The translations under genes were made by a program, and so were the position numbers. The notes under the pieces are model-generated. The model saw only the letters and a list, made by a program, of their open reading frames with translations, made no database searches and was not told the DNA's origin. Source: Polyangiaceae bacterium (GTDB lineage Bacteria; Myxococcota_A; Polyangia; Polyangiales; Polyangiaceae). From it: a stretch of DNA of 48,776 nt. The stretch lies in assembly GCA_044222475.1 (NCBI GenBank), contig JBGANF010000052.1, positions 1 through 48,776 on the forward strand, read 5' to 3'. Shown one piece after another: positions 29,654 to 39,836 of this stretch. Numbering within the stretch: the stretch's first letter is position 1; each line of letters starts with the position of its first letter.

Positions 29654-29663
29654 GGTTCCTCGA

Positions 29664-29687
29664 AAGTTTCAAAATGTTTTGAAACTT
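29664..29687. promoter_or_regulatory. AT-rich inverted repeat, candidate operator of the menaquinone operon
   Basis: AAGTTTCAAAA-TG-TTTTGAAACTT: perfect 11-bp arms, 10 nt upstream of the menG ATG. Confidence 0.6.
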
Positions 29688-29733
29688 CCAATGGATTAGG
29701 CCCACCCCGGCGATCCGTCAAGCGCCGGAGCGC

Positions 29734-30747
29734 CTACTCCTTCAGTCGCGCGAGAACGACGGCCGTGGCGACGTACGAGAAATAGACGTAGCCGCCCGAG
29801 ACCGCACCCGCGCCGAACGTCTTGGCCGCCGCGACCGGGGTCGGCGCACCGCCGCCGACCGGAGCTCGCACGATGTACTCGTCGGCGGCCGACGCGGATT
29901 GGTAGACGTTCGCGAAGACGAACGCGTCGTCGCCGGCAACCCAGTTTCCGGACTGGCTCGTCTCGCCGTTGCCGAGGATCGTCTTCTTGCCGGCCGGGTC
30001 GTAGTAGCCGTACGCGGTGTCGGACGCGAAGAAGAGGCGCGTCGTCGACGGCGAGAAGGTCATGCCGGTCGCGTCGGTGATGAACGTCTGGGGGTTCGCT
30101 CCGCAGCTCCCGGCGAGCGCGCACTTGAACATCGGCTCTTCCACTCCGGACATCGCGAGCGCGACGGCGTGGATGTTGCCGCTGAACACGTGGAGCTCGG
30201 TCGCGGTCGCAGAGCCGAAGTCCACGGTCATCACCGTGGCGGGGGCCGCGCAGGTCGGCGTGGCGCACCGCTGGACCGAGCCTCCGGTCGTCGATTGGGG
30301 CGAGATGGACCAGAACAGCTGCGTGCCGTCGGTCGCAAGGTCGTACACCTCGGCGACGGTGCGGTAGACGCGGCCGTTCTTGCCGTCGAACGCCACGGCG
30401 CGGATCGTCCCGTTGCCTTCGCTCGTCGCGTAGTAGAGCTCGCCGCCGACGATCGCGAAGTCGTGGATGACCGGCGTCGCGGAGGGGACGATCATCTCGG
30501 GCGCCGCGCACCCTCCGACGGGGCAACGCCAGATCGACGTGTCGGTGCGGGCGAAGACGAAGTTGCCGTCGACGAGGAGCCCCTTCACGGGCTCGCCCGC
30601 GGCGGACGTGAGGACCTCCGGCTTGGGGAGCGCGCCGCCTTCGGTACCGCCGTCGTTCGAGCCCGTCAGCTGAATGTCTTCGATCCCGGCGACGAGGCGA
30701 CAGCCCGAAACGGAAGCGACCAGGGCGAGCATTGCCACTCGGCGCAT
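29734..30747 (-). CDS. Lipoprotein, beta-propeller-like
   Basis: MRRVAMLALVASVSG-C; repeated DGxxxFW / RCxxxxC blades; TGATG coupling. Confidence 0.75.
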   Translation of the reverse strand: MRRVAMLALVASVSGCRLVAGIEDIQLTGSNDGGTEGGALPKPEVLTSAAGEPVKGLLVDGNFVFARTDTSIWRCPVGGCAAPEMIVPSATPVIHDFAIVGGELYYATSEGNGTIRAVAFDGKNGRVYRTVAEVYDLATDGTQLFWSISPQSTTGGSVQRCATPTCAAPATVMTVDFGSATATELHVFSGNIHAVALAMSGVEEPMFKCALAGSCGANPQTFITDATGMTFSPSTTRLFFASDTAYGYYDPAGKKTILGNGETSQSGNWVAGDDAFVFANVYQSASAADEYIVRAPVGGGAPTPVAAAKTFGAGAVSGGYVYFSYVATAVVLARLKE

Positions 30748-31733
30748 CAGAAGCTCCCCCCTACGGCGACGCCCGCGTAGCCCGGCCCGAGCGCGGGTGC
30801 GACGCCGACGTTCTTGCTCTTCGGTGCGACGAGGACGAGCACGAGGCCGCCAGCCGCCAGCGCGGCACCGAGGATGATGGTGACCGTCGAGACGTCCGCG
30901 AAGGTCTTCGCGCTCTCGTTCTTGTCGACCGCGGCGGGATCGGTGCACGACTGCACGCTGCACACCTTCTTCACGTCGCTCGCCTTCGACAGCGCCATCG
31001 CGCCGAAGATCGCGCCGAGCCCGGCGGACACGACGCCGACGCCGAGCAGCGTGAACCCGGCGATGCGCATCCCGGTCCCCGAGGACCCCTCGTCGGCGAT
31101 GGGCCCGGGGCCGCCACCGGGCGGTGGAGCGACCTCGATCGGTGCATCGGCGAGCTCGGGGACGGTGACCTCGTTCTTGTCGGGCGGAGCCTTCACCGTG
31201 AACGTCGACTCGTACGTCTTCTTGCCGACCGCCTTCACTGCGATCTTGTGCTCGCCGCCGTCGAGCGGTGCGCTGGACCAACTCGCCGGCGCGAGCACCT
31301 GCCCGTCGACGCTGAGCTCGAGGCCCTTGAGCGACGACGTCGCGGCGGCGACGACGAAGGTCGCGTGCGGGACCTTCTTCTCGGTGTCGGCTGCTTTCTT
31401 GTTCGCGTTCTTCTCGCGCTCGGCGTTCCCGTCTTTGCGCGCGGCGAGCGCCGCGTCGAGGTATGCGGACCACGCGCTCGCGTTCTTGCCCTGACCCTCG
31501 TAGCAGAGACCGAGCGCGTAGAAGGTTCCGCTCGCGGGATCGAGCTTGGCGCTCTCGGCGAACTTCGGACACGCCGCTTCGTAGTTCTTGGCGGTGAGAA
31601 GCGTCTTGCCCTCTTTGAACAGGCTCTCGGCGAGCGCCGTGTTCGACTGGGCGAACGCGGGCGACGCGGAGACGAAGAGCGCTCCCGCGAGCACTATCGC
31701 GCCAAGGGAGCGGCGAAGGTCAGCGGCGGTCAT
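30747..31733 (-). CDS. TPR + PEGA-like exported protein with C-terminal TM segments
   Basis: AESLFKEG..ACPKFAES..LGLCYE; LSVDG..PLDGGEHKI. Confidence 0.8.
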   Translation of the reverse strand: MTAADLRRSLGAIVLAGALFVSASPAFAQSNTALAESLFKEGKTLLTAKNYEAACPKFAESAKLDPASGTFYALGLCYEGQGKNASAWSAYLDAALAARKDGNAEREKNANKKAADTEKKVPHATFVVAAATSSLKGLELSVDGQVLAPASWSSAPLDGGEHKIAVKAVGKKTYESTFTVKAPPDKNEVTVPELADAPIEVAPPPGGGPGPIADEGSSGTGMRIAGFTLLGVGVVSAGLGAIFGAMALSKASDVKKVCSVQSCTDPAAVDKNESAKTFADVSTVTIILGAALAAGGLVLVLVAPKSKNVGVAPALGPGYAGVAVGGSF

Positions 31734-33207
31734 CGGGAATCGCATTGGGGTCACTCGTGTGCGTGGTCGTCGTCGCGGTGTGCACGGCGGTCGTCGTCGT
31801 CTTGGTCGTCGAGGGTCCGACGTGGCGATTGGTCGCGCTGGGTTTCGGCGTCGCCGCCACCGACGCGGAAGGCGCAGGCAGCGGAGCCGACGCGATCGCG
31901 GTGGACGACGGGACCGTCTCGGTCGCGGTGGCCGTCGTGATGGCCGTCGCGGTCGCGCTCGCGGTCGCGACTGCGGGCACGGGCGCTGCGCTCGATCGCG
32001 CGAAATACGCGCCCGCTGCGATGCCGCCGACGAGCACGGGCACCATCAGGAGAAGCAGCACGAGCGACGACCGCGATCGCGGCGGCGGCGCCTGTGACAT
32101 CGTCAGTGACGCCGTCGAGACGTGCCCGAGCGCCGTCGTCGGTGCGGACTCGGGGCTCGGCGGGATTCGCGGCAAGCTCGGCGCGCTCGGCAAGTCTCCG
32201 CTCGTCCGCGCGTCGACGAGGCGGAGCAGCTCGCCCTTCCCCGGCACGCTCGACGCGCTCTCGATGTCGGCGACGATCTTCTTCCGTTTGTCGATCGACT
32301 CGGCGAGGTATCGCTCGAGCACGTTCGCCACCTCGCGCGCAGGCGCCGGCCCCACGACGCGATCGATCGCGGCGGCCATGTCCTCGGCCGTCGCGAAGCG
32401 ATCACCCGGCGAACGGGAGAGCGCCTTGAGCACGATCGCGTCGAGCTCCTTCGGCACGAGGGGGTTCCGCGTGCTCGGCGGCGGGATCTCCATCGTGACG
32501 ATGAGGTTCATGATCTGCGCTTCGGTCTCGCCCTTGAACAGACGCTCCCCGGCGAGCGCTTCCCACAACACCACGCCGGCGGCGTAGATGTCGGTCGCGC
32601 GGCTCACGACTCCCTCGAGCTGCTCCGGCGGCATGTAGGCGAGCTTGCCCTTGAGTTGCCCCTCACGCGTCGTCTGGAGGCGGAGCTCGGCCTTGGCGAC
32701 GCCGAAGTCGAGCAGGCGCGGAATGCCGTCCACGCCGATGAGCACGTTCTGCGGCGAGACATCGCGATGGACGATGTTGAGCGGAGCGCCTTGCTCGTCG
32801 GTGGCTTCGTGCGCGGCGTGGAGCCCGTGGAGCATCCCCGTGATGAGCGCCGCGACGATCGGGAGCTTGAGCCGCTCCTTCGCGGCCTTCGCGGCTCGGA
32901 GGAGCGCCGACAGCGACTCGCCGCGGATGTACTCGAGGACCAGGAAGAGCTCGCCATCCGACGTGACGACGTCGAGGGTGGGCACGACGTTCGGGTGCTG
33001 GACGCGGGCGGCGAGCCGCGCCTCGTCGAGGAACATGGAGACGAACTCGGTGTCCTTCGCGAGGTGAGGGTGGAGTCGCTTGATGGCGACCGTCCGGCCG
33101 AAGCCCACCGCCCCGTGAAGGCGGCCCAGGTACACCGTGGCCATCCCGCCGGCCGCGATTTCGGCGTGCAGAGCGTATCGTCCGAGCTGGATGACGGGGT
33201 CGCCCAC
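31720..33207 (-). CDS. Hanks-type Ser/Thr protein kinase with TM and Thr/Ala-rich tail (start uncertain)
   Basis: GGMATV, AIK, HRDVSPQN, DFG, YMPPE. Confidence 0.93.
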   Translation of the reverse strand: MGDPVIQLGRYALHAEIAAGGMATVYLGRLHGAVGFGRTVAIKRLHPHLAKDTEFVSMFLDEARLAARVQHPNVVPTLDVVTSDGELFLVLEYIRGESLSALLRAAKAAKERLKLPIVAALITGMLHGLHAAHEATDEQGAPLNIVHRDVSPQNVLIGVDGIPRLLDFGVAKAELRLQTTREGQLKGKLAYMPPEQLEGVVSRATDIYAAGVVLWEALAGERLFKGETEAQIMNLIVTMEIPPPSTRNPLVPKELDAIVLKALSRSPGDRFATAEDMAAAIDRVVGPAPAREVANVLERYLAESIDKRKKIVADIESASSVPGKGELLRLVDARTSGDLPSAPSLPRIPPSPESAPTTALGHVSTASLTMSQAPPPRSRSSLVLLLLMVPVLVGGIAAGAYFARSSAAPVPAVATASATATAITTATATETVPSSTAIASAPLPAPSASVAATPKPSATNRHVGPSTTKTTTTAVHTATTTTHTSDPNAIPDDRR

Positions 33208-33299
33208 CTCCTTCGAGCGTAGCAAAGGACGTCCACCGGAGGCGAACTCGCCACCTCTCCACCACGGCGCGAAAAAGGTCCTACACTGTCTCACGTAGG

Positions 33300-33845
33300 A
33301 TGCCCAAGCCTGGCGACCACCCCGAGTTCTTCCGCTTCCCCGCGCCGGAAGGTCGATCGCGCGAGAGCACGATCCGGGTCGACCGCGAGGGCGTTTGGTT
33401 CCACGACGGCGAGCTCGTCGAGCACCCGCGCTTGAAGCGCGCGATGCAGTCGTGGGTTCGGCGCCACCCCGACGACGGTCGGTGGATCCTCTCGAATGGC
33501 TGGGATTGGACCTATTTCACCGTCGACGACGTGCCCTTCTTCGTCGACTCCGTGCGCATCGAGAGCGATCGGATCGCGTTGGTGCTCGACGATGGGACCG
33601 AGGAAGAGTGGAAGCCCGAGGACTCGCGCATCGGTGAGCAGGATGCGATTTACACCGTAGTGAAGCGCGACGCGCCGTCGGGTCCGTTCGAGGCGCGGTT
33701 CTCGCGGCACGCTCAGGCGAGCTTGGGGAGCGTGCTCGAGCTCGACCCAGAAACCGAGCCGTCCCACCTGGCCGTCCGTGTAGGAGGACGCCTCCACCCA
33801 ATTGGTGCGGGGGCTGCAACCGGGGTCAATGCTTTGGCGAAATGA
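33300..33845 (+). CDS. DUF1285-like protein
   Basis: [27 protein letters not shown]. Confidence 0.65.
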   Translation: MPKPGDHPEFFRFPAPEGRSRESTIRVDREGVWFHDGELVEHPRLKRAMQSWVRRHPDDGRWILSNGWDWTYFTVDDVPFFVDSVRIESDRIALVLDDGTEEEWKPEDSRIGEQDAIYTVVKRDAPSGPFEARFSRHAQASLGSVLELDPETEPSHLAVRVGGRLHPIGAGAATGVNALAK

Positions 33846-33872
33846 CCCATCTGGCTGTACCCTCCATCGGTC

Positions 33873-35303
33873 ATGGCCATGCTCAACCGCACCCTGCCCG
33901 AGACGGGCGAGGTCCTAGCGGGGAAGTACCGCATCGCGCGCAAGCTCGGCGAGGGCGGGATGGGTGTGGTCTTCGAGGCCGAGCACATTCGCATCCGACA
34001 GCGGGTCGCGATCAAGATGCTCCTACCCACCGTGCTCGACATGCCCGACGTCACGTCGCGCTTCGAGCGCGAGGCGCGCGCCGCTGGCAGCCTCAAGAGC
34101 GAAAACACCGCCCGCGTGCTCGACGTCGACATCTCCGAGGGTGGCATCCCCTACATGGTCATGGAGTTCCTCGACGGAAAAGATCTGTCGCAGGTGCTCG
34201 ATGCTCGCGGACCGCTGCCGCCTGATCTCGCGGTCGACTACCTGCTCCAAGCCTGCAACGCCATGGCCGAGGCGCACTCGCTCGGCATCGTCCACCGCGA
34301 TCTCAAGCCGTCGAACCTCTTCCTATGCGGTGGCGAGCGCGGGGTGGTGAAGATCCTCGACTTCGGGATCTCGAAAGTCGAGAACGACAAGGACAACCGC
34401 GTGACCGCCACCCAGACCGTGGTCGGAACGCCGCTCTACATGTCGCCCGAGCAGATCCGTTCGTCCAAGAACGTCGACTCGCGCACCGACATCTGGTCGC
34501 TCGGGATCATCCTGTACGAGCTCTTGGCCGGGAAGACCCCGTTCGAGGGCAGCACGATGGCGGCCGGCGCCGCGATCTGCATCGACGACCCGCCGCCCAT
34601 CTCGTCGTTCCGCGAGGGGGTCCCGCGCGACCTCGAAGAGGTGGTGCTGGTCTGTCTCGAGAAGGACGTGACCAAGCGCTACCCGAACGTCCAGTCGCTC
34701 GCAGTCGCGCTTTCGCGTTTCGGCAGCGGCGCGATCAAGACCCCCGATGCGTCGCAGCCCAACATCGTCATCCCGCGGCCGAGCGCGCGGAGCATCTCCG
34801 ACACGTCGGGCTCCTACCCTGCTCCGACGGTCGCCGGCAGCTCGCCGAGCATCAGCGAGCCAGGCGGCGGCCGAAACCGCACGATGCCGGGGTGGACCAC
34901 GCGTTCGGCGACGCGCTCGTCGCGCAGCCGGCTCGTCGCGGTCGCCGCCATCGCGGTGGTTGCCACCCTCTCGGCGGTCGCGGTAGCCGTGGTCGCTCTG
35001 AAGGGCCCCTCGACGACGACCACGACGACGGGCGGAAGCGCGACCGCCACGATCTCCGCCACGCCCACCCACGAGACCACGGCGGGAACGGCCACGACGA
35101 ACGGCACGCACGACCCCGTTCCTTCGATGAGCATCAGCTCCCTCCCGACGGCTTCGGCAACGGTGGCGACCACCTCGACCGGTGGGGGCACGCGCCCATT
35201 CTCAACCGGCGCGGGACACGCTACGGTAAAGCCTTCGGCCTCGAACACGGGCGCCACGCCCGTCCCCTCGCACAAGCCGACTGCTGCTCCCACGCACCTC
35301 TGA
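33873..35303 (+). CDS. Hanks-type Ser/Thr protein kinase with TM and Thr-rich tail
   Basis: [37 protein letters not shown]. Confidence 0.95.
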   Translation: MAMLNRTLPETGEVLAGKYRIARKLGEGGMGVVFEAEHIRIRQRVAIKMLLPTVLDMPDVTSRFEREARAAGSLKSENTARVLDVDISEGGIPYMVMEFLDGKDLSQVLDARGPLPPDLAVDYLLQACNAMAEAHSLGIVHRDLKPSNLFLCGGERGVVKILDFGISKVENDKDNRVTATQTVVGTPLYMSPEQIRSSKNVDSRTDIWSLGIILYELLAGKTPFEGSTMAAGAAICIDDPPPISSFREGVPRDLEEVVLVCLEKDVTKRYPNVQSLAVALSRFGSGAIKTPDASQPNIVIPRPSARSISDTSGSYPAPTVAGSSPSISEPGGGRNRTMPGWTTRSATRSSRSRLVAVAAIAVVATLSAVAVAVVALKGPSTTTTTTGGSATATISATPTHETTAGTATTNGTHDPVPSMSISSLPTASATVATTSTGGGTRPFSTGAGHATVKPSASNTGATPVPSHKPTAAPTHL

Positions 35304-35308
35304 CCACC

Positions 35309-36247
35309 ATGCGTCGCGCCTTCGCGTCCTTCCTCTTCTTCCTCACGCTCGTCCTCTTCACGGTGGGACCTCGCGTCGCGTTCGCGCAGTCCGTCAGCGC
35401 CGCCGACAAGGCCAAGGCCGAGCAGCTCAAGGTCGCTGCCGACGAGGCGATGGACAACCTCCATTACTCGGACGCGCTCAAGGGCTACCAGGACGCCTAC
35501 GCGCTGAACCCCGACCCGAAGCTCCTCTACAACATGGGCCGCGCGAAGGCCGCCCTCGGGGACTACCCCGGTGCCGTGGCCGACCTCGACAAGTTCAAGG
35601 CGGACGCTCCGGCGGATCTCAAGGCCAAGGTCCCGCAGCTCAACGACATCATCGCCGAGTTCAAGAAGCACGTGACCGTGCTCACCGTGACCTGCAACAT
35701 CCCGGGCGCGCGCCTGCTGGTCAACGCGAAGGCCGTCGGCACGACGCCGTTCCAGGGACCGATGACGGTGAACGCAGGCCCGGCCGACCTCGAGATGAGC
35801 GCCGATGCGTACAACACCGAGAAGCGGAAGGTCACGCTGCCCGAAGGTGGAACGCTCACCGTCGACTTCCAGATGCAGAAGACCGACGTCGCCGGCATCC
35901 TCATCGTGAAGGCGACGCCGAACGCGGACTCGTCGAAGATCGACGACAAGTCCCTCGGTGGGACGCCGCTCGAGGTGAACCTCGCGCCGGGTCAGCACAC
36001 CGTGCGCCTGATGAAGAGCGGCTTCCGCGACATCGACGTGTCGACCGTCCTCGGCCGTGGCGAGCGCAAGGTGCTCGATCTCGCGTTCGAGACGAGCCCG
36101 GTCACCGCCAAGTGGTGGTTCTGGACGATCATCGTCGTGGGCGCCGTCGTCGTGGCCGGCGCGGTCGCCGGCACGGTCTACGCATTGACGACGGAGAAGG
36201 ACCCGACGCCCGGGACCATTCCTCCCGGAATCATCAAAGGTCCCTGA
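35309..36247 (+). CDS. TPR + tandem PEGA domain protein
   Basis: Signal peptide; LLYNMGRA; two PEGA-like units (VGTTP, LGGTP..PGQHTV); KWWFWT TM. Confidence 0.85.
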   Translation: MRRAFASFLFFLTLVLFTVGPRVAFAQSVSAADKAKAEQLKVAADEAMDNLHYSDALKGYQDAYALNPDPKLLYNMGRAKAALGDYPGAVADLDKFKADAPADLKAKVPQLNDIIAEFKKHVTVLTVTCNIPGARLLVNAKAVGTTPFQGPMTVNAGPADLEMSADAYNTEKRKVTLPEGGTLTVDFQMQKTDVAGILIVKATPNADSSKIDDKSLGGTPLEVNLAPGQHTVRLMKSGFRDIDVSTVLGRGERKVLDLAFETSPVTAKWWFWTIIVVGAVVVAGAVAGTVYALTTEKDPTPGTIPPGIIKGP

Positions 36248-36253
36248 GCGGCC

Positions 36254-37495
36254 GTGCGACTCCTCATCGCTGACAAGCTTCATCCCCGCGCGATCGAAGA
36301 GCTTCGCGCCCTCCCCCTCGAGGTCGAGTACGACCCGACCCTCACCGCCGAGGGCATCGAGGAGAAGATGCCGCACGTCGGCATCCTCGTCGTTCGGTCC
36401 ACCCCGGTGACGGAGAAGGCGCTCGATCACGCGAAGCAGCTGAACCTCATCGTGCGTGCGGGCGCGAGCTACGCGACGATCGACGTGCGCGCGGCGAGCC
36501 GCCGCGGCATCTACGTCGCGAACTGCCCGGGCAAGAACGCGTCCGCCGTCGCCGAGCTCGTGTTCGGGTTGCTCATCGCGATCGACCGTCGCATCGTCGA
36601 CGCGAACGTCGCGCTGCGCGCCGGGCGCTTCCAGCGCGCGGAGTACGGTCGGGCCGAGGGCCTCTACGGCAAGACGATGGGCATCGCCGGCCTCGGCGCG
36701 ATCGGGCGCGAGGTCGCTTCACGCGCCAAGGCCTTCGGCCTGAACGTGATCGCCTCGAGTCGATCGTTCTCGCCGGCCCGCGCGAAGGACATGGGGATCG
36801 GCTACGCGCCGAACGTCGAAGAGCTGGCCGCCCGGTCGGACATCCTGACGCTCCACCTCGCCCTCGTCGATCGCACGCGCGGGATCATCGGGCGCCGCGT
36901 CTTCGATGCGTTGCCGCAGAACGCGATCTTCATCAACACCGCCCGCGCCGATCTCGTCGACCACGAGGCGCTGCGCCGTGCGGTCAAAGAGCGTGGTCTG
37001 CGCGTCGGCGTCGACGTCATCCCCGACGAGCCGAAGGGCCGCACCGAGTACCCGAACGACCTCTTCTCCGCGCCGCGCAACGCGTACGATCCGAGCGCAC
37101 CGGGCGAAGGGTTCGTCTACGGAACGCCGCACATCTCGGCGTCGACCGATCAAGCGCAGCTCGCGATCGCGACCGAGACGGTCCGCGTGATCCGCTCGTT
37201 CCTCCTCGAGGGGCAGGTCCCCAACGTGGTGAACGTCCTCACGGCGTCGGTCGCGCGGTTCCAGCTCGTGATCCGAATGCAGGACAAGGTCGGCACGTTC
37301 GCGAACGTGCTCAACGTGATCAAGCGCCACGGGATCAACGTCGAGGAGATCCACAACACCGTGTTCGAGGGTGGCGGCGCGGCCTGCGCGAAGCTACGCC
37401 TCGTGTCGCGGCCGAGTGAGGCGTGCTTGCACGAGATTCGCGCCTTCGACGAGGTTCTCCACGTCGACGTCGTCACGCTCCCGAACCTCGCGTGA
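36254..37495 (+). CDS. serA: D-3-phosphoglycerate dehydrogenase-like protein with C-terminal ACT domain
   Basis: VVRS, NASAVAE, GIAGLGAIG, INTAR, DV..DEP, TPHISAST; ACT (DKVGTFANVL). Confidence 0.75.
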   Translation: MRLLIADKLHPRAIEELRALPLEVEYDPTLTAEGIEEKMPHVGILVVRSTPVTEKALDHAKQLNLIVRAGASYATIDVRAASRRGIYVANCPGKNASAVAELVFGLLIAIDRRIVDANVALRAGRFQRAEYGRAEGLYGKTMGIAGLGAIGREVASRAKAFGLNVIASSRSFSPARAKDMGIGYAPNVEELAARSDILTLHLALVDRTRGIIGRRVFDALPQNAIFINTARADLVDHEALRRAVKERGLRVGVDVIPDEPKGRTEYPNDLFSAPRNAYDPSAPGEGFVYGTPHISASTDQAQLAIATETVRVIRSFLLEGQVPNVVNVLTASVARFQLVIRMQDKVGTFANVLNVIKRHGINVEEIHNTVFEGGGAACAKLRLVSRPSEACLHEIRAFDEVLHVDVVTLPNLA

Positions 37496-38070
37496 GCATC
37501 GTTGGGGCGGACGCGCGGTGGGTGGCGCTTTGCGTCCTCGCGTGTGCCCTCGCGTGCGACGAGAAGCCGGCCCCGAAGGACGGCGGGACCGACGCGCGCG
37601 CCGACGTCGCGATCGTCGACGCCGCGGTCGAGGCCGGCATCCCCGACGACGCGCTGCCGGATGCGACATCGGCCGAGCTCTCGACGCGGTCGAGGCACCT
37701 CCTCGAAGCGATCAGCAAGGACAGCCCCGACCTCGCGCTCGACATCTTCTTCCCGCGGGAAGGCTACGCGGCGGCGCGCGAAGGGCAGGACCCGGGGAAG
37801 TCCTGGGACACGAAGCTGAAGCCGCAGTTCGCGAAGGCGATCAAGAAGATCCGCGGGCGGACGAAGGGCATCGATCGCGCGGTGTTCGTGTCGTTCGATC
37901 TGGGCAAGTCGATCACGCAGATCGTGCCGAAGAAGAAGGACTGGAAGACCCCGCTGTGGAGGGTGAAGCGCAGCGTGCTGACGTTCACGATCGACGGGAA
38001 GGTGCACCGCCTCGAGATCGCGGAGATGGTCGCGTGGAGGGGGCACTGGTACGTGACGAAGCTGAAGTAG
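37492..38070 (+). CDS. Lipoprotein, hypothetical
   Basis: GTGA overlap; LACALA-C; DGG/DA linker. Confidence 0.7.
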   Translation: MSIVGADARWVALCVLACALACDEKPAPKDGGTDARADVAIVDAAVEAGIPDDALPDATSAELSTRSRHLLEAISKDSPDLALDIFFPREGYAAAREGQDPGKSWDTKLKPQFAKAIKKIRGRTKGIDRAVFVSFDLGKSITQIVPKKKDWKTPLWRVKRSVLTFTIDGKVHRLEIAEMVAWRGHWYVTKLK

Positions 38071-38175
38071 CGGAAGCGGAAGCGGAAGCGGAAGCGGAAG
38101 CGGAAGCGGAAGCGGAAGCCGAAGCGGAAGCGGAAGCGGAAGCGGAAGCGGAAGCCGAAGCGGAAGCGGAAGCGG
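38070..38175. repeat. Hexanucleotide tandem repeat (GCGGAA)x17, two units GCCGAA
   Basis: Read directly; intergenic between convergent genes. Confidence 0.97.
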
Positions 38176-38220
38176 GAACGAGCGCCAGCCGGTCAGAGGG
38201 GTTCTGAAACCCATTCACCA

Positions 38221-38919
38221 TCAGAAGAAGCGGACGGTCAGCAGGGGGTCGGTTGGCGCTCCGCCTTCGAACGTGTGGGCGACCCGCTGCTGGTCGTTCC
38301 CGACCGAGCCGTTGTTCTGCCAAAACACGACGACGGCGTGGCCGGTCGCCCAACCCGGACGGTTCACGATCGCCTGGAGCAGCGACGCGAGATCTGGCGT
38401 GACGATCTTGTCCCCGATCTTCCACGGAGGCAGATTCAGCCACGGAATGGTGGCCGTCTGCGGTCGCTGATCGAAGTCGCCGATGGTGCCGACCCAGGCC
38501 TTCGGGTCGTCGGACTGCTCGAGCGCAAGCGCGGTGCTCGTCATGGCGCCTCCGTGGGCCTCGGCGGCGTAGAGCGTCAACGTCGCCGAGAGGATCGTCG
38601 CGTTGCGCGGGATCTGGACGTTGGTGAACCGAATGCCGGTGCGCCGAACTTCTCCCCCTTGGCCGAGCCCGGCGTTCACCTCGAAACTCGGGAAGTCCAC
38701 GCCCTGCGCATTGATGCGGATGACGTCGGCCGTGGCTTTGAGAGGCACGATGAGAGTCGAAGCGTCGACGTCGATGCCGGCGTCGGTCGTCGCGTCGGGC
38801 GCGGCGTCGCGCCCGGCATCGGCCAGCGTCGGCTGGCCGCCGGTCAGGCCACCGAGGTCGGGGACGAGCGCGCAGCCCGCTGAGATCACGAGGCCGACGA
38901 GGACCCACCCGCTCCGCAT
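38221..38919 (-). CDS. Lipoprotein with DNRLRE/CBM96-like beta-sandwich
   Basis: ISAG-C; TGIRFTNVQIPRNATILSATLTLY; TPDLASLLQAIVNRPGW. Confidence 0.7.
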   Translation of the reverse strand: MRSGWVLVGLVISAGCALVPDLGGLTGGQPTLADAGRDAAPDATTDAGIDVDASTLIVPLKATADVIRINAQGVDFPSFEVNAGLGQGGEVRRTGIRFTNVQIPRNATILSATLTLYAAEAHGGAMTSTALALEQSDDPKAWVGTIGDFDQRPQTATIPWLNLPPWKIGDKIVTPDLASLLQAIVNRPGWATGHAVVVFWQNNGSVGNDQQRVAHTFEGGAPTDPLLTVRFF

Positions 38920-38979
38920 TGGCTGAAGCTTAGCAGACCACCATCGCTGGAAGCCCGCGGTGGCGCGCTCGCCGGCTCG

Positions 38980-38997
38980 AAGTGGCGCGCGCCACTT
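38980..38997. promoter_or_regulatory. Perfect 18-bp palindrome between divergent genes
   Basis: AAGTGGCGCGCGCCACTT. Confidence 0.35.
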
Positions 38998-39097
38998 GGG
39001 CGATCGTGGATCCATCGGGAATTCTCGCATCCCGGTGATGGCATCGCGCGTGCAATCTCCCGTGCCGATGCGTTCTTCCACGGCTAAGATTTCGCGC

Positions 39098-39829
39098 ATG
39101 GCCCGCAAGGTCGCCAAGCTCCGCCATCTCCCCGTCGACGAGCGAGTGCTCTTTCCCTCGTCGCACCCGGAGTGGGAGATGCCCGAGTCTGGTCGCCATG
39201 GTCGCCTCTGCGAGCTCCTCTACCTCGTGCTCCGCGCCGCCGCTGGGCGCAGCAGCACCGCAGGCAAGGACCACTTCGTCTACTACGATCGCAAAGATCC
39301 TCGCCGCTGCCTCGCCCCCGACGCATTCGTCAAGCTCGGCGTACCGCATCACCTCGTCGAGTCCTGGAAGACCTGGCACCTCGGCGTCCCGGAGCTGTGC
39401 GTCGAGATCCTCAGCCCGAGTGACACCGAAGAGACGCTCACGTTCCGCGAGAAGCTCCGTCGCTACAATGCGCTCAAGCCGCGCGAGCTCATCGTCTTCC
39501 GCGCCGATGGCAGGCCCGGTCGTCGGCTCCGCGCTTGGGATCGCACCAAGGGCATCCTCGTCGAGCGCATGGTGTCCAAAGAGCGCACGCCCTGCCGCAC
39601 GCTCGACGCATTCTTCGTCATCCGCGACGAGCCGGAGATCGGTCCGGCGCTTCGCCTCGTCGATGGATCCGGCAACCTGGTCCGCACGCACGGCGAGGCG
39701 CGCGAGGCCGAGCTTCTCGCCTCCGCGCACGCACGCGAGGCCGAGCTTCTCGCCTCCGCGCACGCACGGGAGGCCGAGCTTCTCGCCGAGATCGCCCGCC
39801 TCGCGCGAAAGTCCGCGAAGAAGCGCTGA
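39098..39829 (+). CDS. Uma2-family (PD-(D/E)xK) endonuclease with repeated coiled-coil tail
   Basis: MPESGRH, LAPDAFV, PELCVEILSPSD; 33-bp repeat (AREAELLASAH) at 39698-39787. Confidence 0.85.
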   Translation: MARKVAKLRHLPVDERVLFPSSHPEWEMPESGRHGRLCELLYLVLRAAAGRSSTAGKDHFVYYDRKDPRRCLAPDAFVKLGVPHHLVESWKTWHLGVPELCVEILSPSDTEETLTFREKLRRYNALKPRELIVFRADGRPGRRLRAWDRTKGILVERMVSKERTPCRTLDAFFVIRDEPEIGPALRLVDGSGNLVRTHGEAREAELLASAHAREAELLASAHAREAELLAEIARLARKSAKKR

Positions 39830-39836
39830 ACCGGGC

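Noticed and set aside
38070..38175. Poly(AE)/(PL)/(SA) ORFs or a CRISPR array at the hexamer repeats (also 43051-43146)
   Set aside because: Pure tandem repeats without spacers, no cas genes, and the real gene stops at 38070.
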